Positions 9,483 to 19,500 of a DNA stretch of 64,000 nucleotides are shown piece by piece. The notes under the pieces were generated by a model. The model was given only the letters and a program-made list of their open reading frames with translations. It had not been told where the DNA came from and searched no databases. Origin of the DNA: a virus; IMG/VR virus record IMGVR_UViG_3300035698_007036, positions 55,537 to 119,536 of that record; one strand, 5' to 3'. Position 1 is the stretch's first letter. Each line of letters opens with the position of its first letter. The translations under genes were made by a program, and so were the position numbers.

Positions 9483-10703
9483 ATGTCATACGAAAACATA
9501 AAACTTCGAAAATCTAATGTAGCCGTAGTTGATGGTTACTTCTATATGATGGACCAAGACGTAGATGCTTTGATTGTGAAGACAGATGATGGTACCCAGG
9601 CGTTTTCGTATCCATTAAGTAAGACAATATCTAATGCTGTTACCAGTATGGAGTGGGATGGTAGAAATTTTTGGACTTTAGAAACTTCAGATACTAATGA
9701 AGTCACTATCCGTAGATGGTATATAAATAACTACGTCTGTAAACTTAGAGATACTTTTACCTTGTCTCCAGGAGCTCATAATTATGTGTCCGAAGCTATG
9801 ACGGTAGAGCACTATCATAGAGCTTTCACAGGTGACGAGGTGGCAGGCTCTTCCACTTTGAGCATGGATAGCACTAATATGGCCAATGGCGAGACTTTAG
9901 CTTTAGGTCCTAATGGTAGTGGTCAGGTAGAGGAAGTGGTAGTAAACACGACTTCAGCAGGTTCTGTAACCATTTACGGTAATACAGCCTACTCTTATCT
10001 TACAGGGGATCTTGTGTGTTTCTACAAGGACATATGGCTGTTTAATAATTATGATGGCGTGTCCGCTAGTGCTGGAGCTCTATATAAGATAGATGGTTAT
10101 ACCGGTATATACACCACGCATTCCGGTGGTGGTGAGTTTTATAACATAAAGGCCTGTACTTTCTACGATATGTCCTATGTTGATGTTTCTTGGGATAATG
10201 CTATTAGTTACGTTAGAGGGACCAACATGATTTTCTTGAATCCACAAAACCTAGATGATAACTTTGGTTCTATGATAATGGACAATTTAAACGATAATTT
10301 AGCTGACACTATTATAATATACGATGTGGCTGTAGAAGGAGCGAATGTTTATAGATTACAGAGAGAAGCAACTTACTACGGAACGACCGCAACTTTTGCC
10401 GACAGTACTTACAATTACCAGTTAAGTACATTAGACGCATTTATTACAAGCATCTCTTTAAGAGCAGCACCTGCTATTCTCCCTGCCAATAGTGTTAATG
10501 AGTCCGATATAACAGCAGTAGTTAAAGACCAATTTAATCAACCTATAGTTAGTAAAATAGTTTCATTTACTGACGACGACACTAATGGTTACATAACATC
10601 ATCATCTGTTAATACAGATGGTCAAGGTGTCGCTGAGACTAAATACCATGCTGGAAATCAAGCTAGAGAAGTAAAGGTAACTGCAACCGCTCAGCAGAGC
10701 TAA
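9483..10703 (+). CDS. Virion protein with C-terminal invasin/intimin-type Ig (Big_1-like) domain
   Basis: AAPAILPANS...ITAVVKDQFNQPI...TDGQGVAETKY...VKVTATA; paralog of ORF 10715. Confidence 0.7.
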   Translation: MSYENIKLRKSNVAVVDGYFYMMDQDVDALIVKTDDGTQAFSYPLSKTISNAVTSMEWDGRNFWTLETSDTNEVTIRRWYINNYVCKLRDTFTLSPGAHNYVSEAMTVEHYHRAFTGDEVAGSSTLSMDSTNMANGETLALGPNGSGQVEEVVVNTTSAGSVTIYGNTAYSYLTGDLVCFYKDIWLFNNYDGVSASAGALYKIDGYTGIYTTHSGGGEFYNIKACTFYDMSYVDVSWDNAISYVRGTNMIFLNPQNLDDNFGSMIMDNLNDNLADTIIIYDVAVEGANVYRLQREATYYGTTATFADSTYNYQLSTLDAFITSISLRAAPAILPANSVNESDITAVVKDQFNQPIVSKIVSFTDDDTNGYITSSSVNTDGQGVAETKYHAGNQAREVKVTATAQQS

Positions 10704-10714
10704 GGAGTAATTAG

Positions 10715-13387
10715 ATGGCGTATGAAAACATAAGTCTCTCGTATCCTAATTTTTGTATAGCCCCAGTAGTTGGGACTTTTGCTACTATACATGGTACGGA
10801 CACTTTAAGAATAAAAAACGCTACAGGAGCTGTTCAAGGTGACTATTTATTATCGAATAGTATAACAGACAACCTCCTCTGCCTTGAGTATGTGGGGCCG
10901 AGAAATATACCAGCCGTTATTGATGGTTTGACATTTTTTACTATAGAAAAGGCGAGTTCTACATCTGTAAATATAAATAGGTGGGAGCTAGACGCTTCAG
11001 GGATAGCACTTGATCTTGTACAGACCATAACTAAAAGTACATCTGGGGTCAACCACTATAACGCCTTGACCGGGTGTGTTGAATACTATTCACGTAAGTT
11101 TACCTCGGCCGAGGGTAATGGTAGTGATCATATAACTACAACCTCCACAAGTAAGATAGCGGCTGGCATGAGATTATTCTTAGGCCCTAGCAACGACATA
11201 GATAATCTTGGAGAAGGTGAATGGATAACGGTAGACTATGTTTCCGGAAGTGATGTGTATTTCACTACTAATATTACGAAGGATTACCTGATAGATGACC
11301 AGGTAAATTTTTATAAGAACACTTATATTTACAGTTCATTAGGTTACAACGGAGCAGCTGACTATGGAAGTTTGTTTCAGTTAGACGCCAAAACAGGGAA
11401 TTTGTTAAACGTTAATTACGATGGCTTTTATAGAAAAGCACAAGTATGTAAATGGTATCCAGCTACTGGGAACATCCCTACAGTAGTCGGTACCAACATG
11501 GTTTTTGTGTCTCCGTATGATTCTTATCTAAACTGGAGATCCATGTCTTTAAACAATTTGGATGATGACAAAGCCACCACATTGTCAGTCTATGATTTAG
11601 CTTTTGACAGCAGCACAATATATAAGTTAATGCAGCAGATAACAAAGAAAGATGATGACGGTGATGAGGTTACAACTAATTGGTCACCCTATTATAATTA
11701 CCTACAAGATTCACTACTACCCTATACCAATAGTTTACAGATGTATACTGATAAATCGACTATGGTCGGCCAATATGACTCAACAGCCCTGACGGTGGTT
11801 TTAAGGGACCAATTTGGTGTAGGGCTGTTAGGGGTGGCGGTAACAGTAGCACGTGCTGACGGTGACTCTGGGGCCGTTTTAGACCCAATAGACGGACAGC
11901 TTACAACCAATAGCAGTGGGATAGCTCAGGTGGGTTATACCTCTGGAGCTATTTATGGTGGGTTGACCCAATTAACATGTAAGGCTTCTGGTGGATCACC
12001 TTCCACTGGGAGTGCTTGGGTATGGGATTCTACGCATATTATCAGCAAAATAGAGCACGAGAATACAGGCAGGGTGTACCAACTATTTGCCAATTCTACG
12101 TTTGCCGTAGAGTGTCCTACTCTTATGCGACAGGTTTTAAACATTTATACAAGTGACCAGACATTATTTTGTAGGACACGCTTTACTTCTCCAGGAGGAA
12201 ATTGGAGTAATCCCAGTTCCTATTCATCATTGGTGTCTACCTATCTCCCATCCTTAATAGTTGGATCTGGAGACGGCCCACAGGAAAGCTTTTTTGGTTG
12301 GGAAAACAAAGATAATCCAGGCAAGAATCATACTATTAGACAAGTAGTAGATGCAGAAGGGGAAGGCAGAGTGGAGCAGGTAGGGGATGCTGTGGGTTAT
12401 AATGATAGATTAAGACAAGTAGCAGATGCTGAATCCGACTTACAAGTTAGCCAATTGAAAATGAGTCAACATACAAGTTGGATAAACGGAATAGCTTACG
12501 ATGAACTGTTTACAGAGACTGTGATAAATCAGTTCGTTTTTGTTGAGGAGGCTATACCACAATTTTGGAGCGAGAAGAATCCTATAGACACTAATATCTG
12601 GATTAGATTGAGGCCATTTGCTTTCGATTTAAACCCAGCAACTTTGAAGTTTTATGTTAAGGAAGATTCTTATTCCGGAAATACTGGCTACGTAGATATG
12701 GCCCCATATTTAACTGTTACTGTTTTTGATGCTGGCGGCGGAATAGATGGACTTGATGTGACGTGTAATCCACCAAGCGATTTCCACTACAGCGGTATAG
12801 TATACGTCAGAATAGAAGTGTATGATTTAGCCGGAACTCCTAATTTTATTTGGGTCGATTATTGGTTCAGTATTATACCTGATTATAGATTTCCTTATCT
12901 TGAGGGGCTGAATCCAAGTAGAGAACAAGATAATGTTGCGGTTGACACCGATGTTTATTTTGAGATAAAGGACGTAGGGGTAGGCGTAGACATAGACACT
13001 CTTGAGATGACCGTCAATTCAAGGATAGTTGTACCTACTACTATAGTTAAGATAGATGATAATCATTACACAGTGGAGTATGATCCAAGTGATGATTTTC
13101 AATTTGATAAATCAATATTTGTTAATGTAAAGGTTAACGATCTTTCTAACTATGATAATTTGATGAATGACAGTTATAGATTCTATACAGTGTCCAGTGA
13201 CGAAGTATGGTATACCGACTTCTTTCCAGGCGTATGTAAAAGAGGTATGTCGAGATATTCAGATGTAAGAATTGTTTTACTTGATGCTGGTAGCGGAATA
13301 GATAGAGACAGTATAAGAGTTCAAGTTCTAGAAAGGGAGGCCACTAGTAGATTTAATATTGTTCCGATAGTATATAGAATTTCATAA
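10715..13387 (+). CDS. Virion protein with Big_1-like and several C-terminal Ig-like domains
   Basis: N-terminal ~430 aa paralogous to ORF 9483 (MAYENI, VEYYSRKF, LGP, VLRDQFG); repeated GIDxDS/GVDIDT Ig-like units. Confidence 0.7.
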   Translation: MAYENISLSYPNFCIAPVVGTFATIHGTDTLRIKNATGAVQGDYLLSNSITDNLLCLEYVGPRNIPAVIDGLTFFTIEKASSTSVNINRWELDASGIALDLVQTITKSTSGVNHYNALTGCVEYYSRKFTSAEGNGSDHITTTSTSKIAAGMRLFLGPSNDIDNLGEGEWITVDYVSGSDVYFTTNITKDYLIDDQVNFYKNTYIYSSLGYNGAADYGSLFQLDAKTGNLLNVNYDGFYRKAQVCKWYPATGNIPTVVGTNMVFVSPYDSYLNWRSMSLNNLDDDKATTLSVYDLAFDSSTIYKLMQQITKKDDDGDEVTTNWSPYYNYLQDSLLPYTNSLQMYTDKSTMVGQYDSTALTVVLRDQFGVGLLGVAVTVARADGDSGAVLDPIDGQLTTNSSGIAQVGYTSGAIYGGLTQLTCKASGGSPSTGSAWVWDSTHIISKIEHENTGRVYQLFANSTFAVECPTLMRQVLNIYTSDQTLFCRTRFTSPGGNWSNPSSYSSLVSTYLPSLIVGSGDGPQESFFGWENKDNPGKNHTIRQVVDAEGEGRVEQVGDAVGYNDRLRQVADAESDLQVSQLKMSQHTSWINGIAYDELFTETVINQFVFVEEAIPQFWSEKNPIDTNIWIRLRPFAFDLNPATLKFYVKEDSYSGNTGYVDMAPYLTVTVFDAGGGIDGLDVTCNPPSDFHYSGIVYVRIEVYDLAGTPNFIWVDYWFSIIPDYRFPYLEGLNPSREQDNVAVDTDVYFEIKDVGVGVDIDTLEMTVNSRIVVPTTIVKIDDNHYTVEYDPSDDFQFDKSIFVNVKVNDLSNYDNLMNDSYRFYTVSSDEVWYTDFFPGVCKRGMSRYSDVRIVLLDAGSGIDRDSIRVQVLEREATSRFNIVPIVYRIS

Positions 13388-13397
13388 AGGAGGCTTG

Positions 13398-13751
13398 ATG
13401 AAATTTAACATCTATGTGTTTCTGGATCAAAGGGGAAAACCCTATTATGTGGGCAGAACTAATAATTTCAGTAGAAGACGGAAAGAACATTTAGGTGAAA
13501 TAAAGAAGGGAAATAAATTACCGAAATATAATAAAGCCAGTAAGATGATTAAACAAGGTTATGGATTTAAAATGAAGACTATAGCTAAGACATTAGACTT
13601 AAAGGACTCTATGGAGCTAGAGAAATTTTTTATCAAGAGATACAGAGGACTAGGATACACGCTTTATAATCTTACATCTGGCGGAGATGATAAACAGAGG
13701 ATTAAGATAAATTATCCTAAAAAGAAAGTTTACAAAATAAAGAAACGTTAA
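13398..13751 (+). CDS. GIY-YIG family endonuclease (free-standing, homing-like)
   Basis: IYVFLD...YYVGRTNNFSRRRKEH...LEKFFIK...LYNLTSGG; very basic; AAGGAGG RBS. Confidence 0.85.
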   Translation: MKFNIYVFLDQRGKPYYVGRTNNFSRRRKEHLGEIKKGNKLPKYNKASKMIKQGYGFKMKTIAKTLDLKDSMELEKFFIKRYRGLGYTLYNLTSGGDDKQRIKINYPKKKVYKIKKR

Positions 13752-13767
13752 TCGGAGGAGGTTGTGG

Positions 13768-14403
13768 ATGTCAATAGAAATCACCAATTTTTCACTTTCG
13801 ACAGGCGGGTGGGAATATGCTAGCGGCAGTATTGGTGTGGATATCATCGACCAGGTTTATAATGTAACCACTTCAGGCTGTTATTTAGAGATTAATGGTA
13901 CTACTGTAAGCACTGTTTTAACCCCTATTTCTGAAGGATATAGGATGACTTATGACTCTCCGGATAACTTTATATCTCTGACAGGCCCATCAACATTCAC
14001 AACCAATGGGTCTAATGACAATGGAGACCATGTTTACGAAGATTTTTATCTAACCTTCGGATATATAGTGGAGTATGTTAATACCCCATTGGAAGGTTGG
14101 GACTTTGGTTATAATACTGAAGTGGTAGTGAGGGCAAGTGCTGAGAACATGGCATCCTGTCCTATCAAGAACGCGGAAGCCTTTTGGTTTGAGACAGAAT
14201 CTAGGCCAAACAGGCATTTAGGTGCAAGTATAGTAGGAATTCCTGTTAAGTCAGACTCCGCCGTCCTGTCTGCATCTATTTATCCACAAAGCACTGCATT
14301 TTTCTATGGTAAGACTTACAAAGTTGTGCTTAGGGCCAGAGACTTCGTAGGAAACGAAATGATACCACTTGAATTCGAATTCAAAATTGAAGATAGGCCC
14401 TAA
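13768..14403 (+). CDS. Virion protein with Ig-like strands and two LGASI-type repeats
   Basis: GGAGGAGG RBS before ATG 13768; YGKTYKVVLRARDFVGN Ig-like C-terminus; RHLGASIVG and AVLSASIYP. Confidence 0.65.
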   Translation: MSIEITNFSLSTGGWEYASGSIGVDIIDQVYNVTTSGCYLEINGTTVSTVLTPISEGYRMTYDSPDNFISLTGPSTFTTNGSNDNGDHVYEDFYLTFGYIVEYVNTPLEGWDFGYNTEVVVRASAENMASCPIKNAEAFWFETESRPNRHLGASIVGIPVKSDSAVLSASIYPQSTAFFYGKTYKVVLRARDFVGNEMIPLEFEFKIEDRP

Positions 14404-14425
14404 TAATTTTAAGGAGGAATAAGAT

Positions 14426-15982
14426 ATGGCTGCAACAACAAGGTGGGTAGAATATTCGGTATCTGATGCGGGCGTAGCAACAACCGGCGGGGGTACAGCT
14501 TCTGGAACAGGTACTCGTGGATTTTGTGAAGCTACTGCAAGTGTTGATGACACCTTTGATGTAGGCCCAACATCAAATAGACTATATTTAAATATCGACA
14601 GTGATCCTGCCAGTACTTATGTCACTCTAGCCAGTGGTACAGATCTAGACCCTAGGTTTGTAGCCAAAGATATTACCGAAAAGGTTCATGACCTAGGTAA
14701 GGTTGGTCAATATGAGATAGGCTACGATCACGCACAATGTGTTTGGGAAAATGACGATACTGCGAGTCGTTTTGTCATTTATTCTGGATCATTTGGATCA
14801 AGTTCACAGGTAACTGTGACGAGTGGTACTAACACTGTTCATACCGAGCTTGGTTTTGGTACCAAATCAGAAGTAGGCGGTTCAGCCACTTCTAATGCTG
14901 GTGATAGTGGTGTAACTATTTCTGGCTCGTATGATGGTTTCTATGATGAGTTTTATCATGTAATCATAAATAAAGAGGTTAACGTAGGTACACCAAGTAA
15001 GGGAGGCTCTAATACTTATGTTGGTAACATTACACAGGGCGGTGTGTTTACACACACAAGTGCCATTACCTATGTTTTATCCATTGACGTTACTAATGGT
15101 ACAACTCTGAATGGTGGTACTGGTGCTGTCCCCACTATGAGTTGGACATCTACTGGTAGTGCTGACGATGGCGGCCCCATTGAACTGTTGTTTGCCAACT
15201 ATTGGTATTCTGTAGGAACAAAGGGCGTTAAAGTAAAGTTCACAGATTCTGTTTTTGTTACTGTGGACCCAGCCTGGACTATAATTTGTACTTATCCGCA
15301 GTATGCCCAAGGGTTGAATACCTCAGCCCCAATAGCGACCGCAATGTTTACTTGGGCAAGTAATAGGGGCGACGATGCTACGGCAGCGGCTACAACAAAT
15401 ACAACTTATACCAGGTTAGGCACTAGAGGATTATATATTAAGTGGACAGGTACTTTGGATCTAACCGCTAATGAGGATTTCTATGTTGTATGTACACCGC
15501 CGCAACCGCAATCGTACGACATCACCAATTTAAATTACGGAAATGTCACAGTCTCTACAGAGTCTTCTGTAAAGGTATCTCTTTTCGAGATCATGTCTGG
15601 GGCTAAAGAGATATCTTCTGTTAAATTTGGTCTACAGGCTGAAGGAACTTTCTCTCACCATGACCAAGGGAATAATGATACCAAGTTTAGATTTGGTACA
15701 GTAGGTCCTGGGGCCACTGCTGGTTCTAGTCCCATTAACGGAAAGGAATGGCATTCTGCGGTAACTGCTGCTGATATAAGTAGCGATGTACAACCTAGTT
15801 ATTTAGCGGTAACTAAAGGTGATTTGGCTGTGGTAGCAGACGCCGATGCCAGTGAAATTATAGGTACTAGTGCCTCTAATGGCATGACCGCCGATCCTAT
15901 CTGGCTCGGAGTTAAATTAGGCTCTTCGGAAGTCGGTGCTAATAGCACCATTAACTATAGAGTTTATTTCGATTACGCCTAA
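14426..15982 (+). CDS. Hypothetical virion structural protein (518 aa)
   Basis: AAGGAGG RBS; T/S/G-rich; internal duplication (VGTKGVKVKF / LGTRGLYIKW); shared ELGF module. Confidence 0.7.
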   Translation: MAATTRWVEYSVSDAGVATTGGGTASGTGTRGFCEATASVDDTFDVGPTSNRLYLNIDSDPASTYVTLASGTDLDPRFVAKDITEKVHDLGKVGQYEIGYDHAQCVWENDDTASRFVIYSGSFGSSSQVTVTSGTNTVHTELGFGTKSEVGGSATSNAGDSGVTISGSYDGFYDEFYHVIINKEVNVGTPSKGGSNTYVGNITQGGVFTHTSAITYVLSIDVTNGTTLNGGTGAVPTMSWTSTGSADDGGPIELLFANYWYSVGTKGVKVKFTDSVFVTVDPAWTIICTYPQYAQGLNTSAPIATAMFTWASNRGDDATAAATTNTTYTRLGTRGLYIKWTGTLDLTANEDFYVVCTPPQPQSYDITNLNYGNVTVSTESSVKVSLFEIMSGAKEISSVKFGLQAEGTFSHHDQGNNDTKFRFGTVGPGATAGSSPINGKEWHSAVTAADISSDVQPSYLAVTKGDLAVVADADASEIIGTSASNGMTADPIWLGVKLGSSEVGANSTINYRVYFDYA

Positions 15983-16019
15983 TTTTGTTGTAGAATTTAA
16001 TGGAAAAGGAGGGGATGAA

Positions 16020-16226
16020 ATGCCTTTGTACGAATTTTTATGTACAGAATGTGGTAAACTACATACTGACTTAGTGAAGTTAGGCACCGAAACATCTAAA
16101 TGTCCGAAATGTAACAATGTTGCGGAGAGGGTGATGTCAGTGCCTAATTTTGTTTTAAAAGGGAATGGTTGGGCTAAAGATAACTATGGACTTAAAAAGA
16201 CTAAAAAGGGGAAATCTGAATCATGA
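16020..16226 (+). CDS. FmdB family zinc-ribbon protein
   Basis: MPLYEFLCTECG...CPKC...RVMS...FVLKGNGW is the family signature; AAGGAGG upstream of ATG 16020. Confidence 0.9.
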   Translation: MPLYEFLCTECGKLHTDLVKLGTETSKCPKCNNVAERVMSVPNFVLKGNGWAKDNYGLKKTKKGKSES

Positions 16227-16525
16227 GACGTGGATGGGAAATAGAATTAAGTGACGGTACCATTATTAATGAATTTCAGATGGACTGGACAAAGGTCCCA
16301 AAGAAGGAGATAATCCGTTTAACTTTGAGATATGACGGAAGAGAGTGGAATCTACAGGGTCATGGGGCCTATTTACAAAAGAAGCGTGGGTCTATGACCC
16401 CGTTTCACCAAGATAGTTTTAGAGTAGAATCTCGATCGATAGGTTACTATGACGGTAACTCTAAAGTGTGGTATACAGTTAAAGAAAGTACAGGTAAAAT
16501 GAGGGTGGAAGTTGAGGATACCTAA
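16223..16525 (+). CDS. Hypothetical protein
   Basis: ATGA overlap with the upstream gene and TAATG coupling to the downstream gene. Confidence 0.7.
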   Translation: MRRGWEIELSDGTIINEFQMDWTKVPKKEIIRLTLRYDGREWNLQGHGAYLQKKRGSMTPFHQDSFRVESRSIGYYDGNSKVWYTVKESTGKMRVEVEDT

Positions 16526-19500
16526 TGAGTAATTGTTTTTTAAACAGTGATAATTATTGGGATTGCTACATGCCATATCCAGGCACTAATTCTGAGGATA
16601 TAGTTTCTGGACTTAGAATGATCCCTAACATAGCCTGTCAGTACTGGGTAAAGGGATTGCCAGGCCTTTGCGTTAACTGGAACAAAACTGAAAATAAATG
16701 CTCTGTAGAAGATGGCAGTCCATCTGGATACGCCGAAAGTTATTGTGACGGTGTGGGGCGTAAATCCAATTGTAGTCAATATGATGATGCTGGACTGACA
16801 GATTTGGACGAATACGTATGTATAGCCCCTTGTTTTGAACGTAGTGGTATCGGTACACAAGTTGAAGGTGCCAGTACTGTTATGCTACAGGCCATAACAG
16901 CTTCTGAAATTTTAGGATACAATGAGGGCAAATGTGATAGTATGGGTATGGGCCGTGGCCAATCAGGCATAGGGCAAAGCCTTGAAAATTTGATAAAGAT
17001 GCAAAGAGTCTGTAATTATTATAGACCTTACGATATGGGTTTTGGATTTAAAGAACCTCAACAGCTTATAAAAAATAGTGACGGGTCTATAAATTTAACA
17101 GCAATGCAAGCAGCGGTAATGGATGAATTAGCCAAGCGTCTGCCTTTCCATTTTAAGTTATATAACTTAAGGGCTAAATCTCAAAAGTGTGCTTATTGGG
17201 ACCAGGATTATGGTTCAGACTTTCTTGTTAATACTGCCGGAGATGGGGTAATACTAAATGCTACATTTGATGCTGGAGGCAAGGTACGTGAGTGTACTTG
17301 TACTGACAGTGAGGCTATACCATATAATACTAGGGATTTAAGTGCTGCAAGCTTGCCAATATTGCGAAGAGTTTGGTCATCACAAGCCAATACTATAATT
17401 TGTAATGGGGCGAAGCCAGAATGTCCTTGTTATACTGGGGAATGGTTGTATTGTATAGATGTTCAAATGCTTTCTGGTATGAAGATAACAGCAGAGCAGA
17501 TGTTAGAGTTGAGATTTTGGACCAGAAATTGGTCAACTCAAGAGGAGTATGACCTTTATTACGAGGATTTGCCAGGTACAAATCCAAACGATCCAACTAC
17601 CGCTGACATTTATACATTTGAACAATGGAAAAGACTAGATCCAATTAATGTTGAGGATAGTATAATGCTTGGAGCAAGAGTTAGTATGTGCCAACCAGTC
17701 TTGCCAGGAGCTAAATATTTTGATACATCTACATTTCTAGAATATGATAGTATTACGTATCCTAGCTTGATGACACCAGTAGAATTTCCAGACAGTAAAA
17801 GTAAAGGTACTACTACCCCTAATCAGGTTTCGTTCCCGACTCTTGTAAGGGATCTCAACAGTGAGACACCGTCTCTTTTAGAGATTTTCTATCCTTATGT
17901 AGTAGATGATCCTTTTGGTAAGACGTTCGGTTGTGGGCAGGATTTAGGGAGCATACCATGTATAAAGAGAAGTTGTGATGCTGGAGGAGATTCAGTTTCT
18001 GTTGTAGGGGTTAGTGTAAGAAATAAGACTATATTAGGTATTAACTTAACTCGAACTAATGTAAAATTTGATATATTAAACGAATATGATAGTTTGTCAC
18101 ACTATCTTTTGAAAAATCCAGAAGCTGAATCAGAATTTAATCACAAAATAGAAAATTTTATTGGGGAAGTCAGAAGAGAAAACATTGAGGATGATCTGTT
18201 GTATGAGGAAACATCTGATAGTTTCGGATCTTTTAAGATAGGTCCGGTTGGGTTAGCCTACCAAGAAAAGAACACTATAGCAGTTATTGTTGACTTGGGT
18301 TCCACAAACAAACACCACTACGAGTTCAGGAAAGTAGACGTTTGGTCTCAATGGTATGGTGGTATATCTTTGCAGTCAAAATATAAGAGAGAGATAGAAA
18401 CTGGCGACGTAGTTGTAGATTCCGACGACCTGTTTATATCTCCATCTGCCGAAGCTGAGATTAGCATGATACCATTGAAAGGTGACAATCCTTATAATCT
18501 AACAGCAGGAGTACAACAATGTTTACCAGTCTCTGTAAACGAAAGAATGAATGCTCTTGTACAATATGATGAATATAGTTATTGTATAAAAAAGAAAACC
18601 GTTACGGATTTGGAAGTGTTAGATTGGCTAAGGGTAGGGAATTATGGCCTTGTTTGGATAGAAATACTAGATTCTAATTTGAACTATATATTGGACTGGG
18701 AAGTTGTTACAGCAGAAGTCACTAAGGTTCATACAGATGAGTTTGGTGTTGTAATAACTGACGAAACAGTAGAGATGGAGGTAGTTTTTCCTACAGGCGA
18801 TCATGAACAGGTAAATATACCAAGAAATGCTGTGTTGATTGGCCCTAAAGACGGAAAGAAAAGATGGTTTTCATCTGACGGAAGTCAAAAGATAACTGTG
18901 GATTACTATTACACATTTTTTAGTACTACTGATGATATAGATACTGATGAAAAGATTGTTTGGCCAACATTTGACGAAGGCGGAGATAGATTTGTTAAAG
19001 GAGAGATGGTGGTAGAATCTACTGTTGGTGATAGTTTCCTATCTGGAGAACAATTTAAGATAGCTGGTATAACCACCAATACACCGCAAATAGCTTGTCT
19101 ATTTACTTCTGAGGACAACGCATTGATTAGTTTAATAGCCACCAAGCTTCTAATTAACATACCTATATTACGTGCTAGGCCTGTTGAGATAAAATATAGT
19201 TGGACTGATTCTGGAAGCTCTTATCAGTTGAGACCAGAAAGATCTTTCGCGAAAGAATTACAAAGTGATAAAGCCTTAGGAGGAGCTACTCATAACTTTG
19301 TTCCTTATTGCGGAGATCATGAACTTACTTCACTTATGAATATAGGACCGATGTGGTACCCTTTCGGGGCGTGTGAGACCTTTGCAGCCTATAATGTATA
19401 TGTTAATGTAGCATACTGTACTCTGCCTATAGAAGATGCACCTAGGAATGATATGAGAGCCCGAGGTCCTGATGAGTATTATGCTCTTTTTCTGGGAGAG

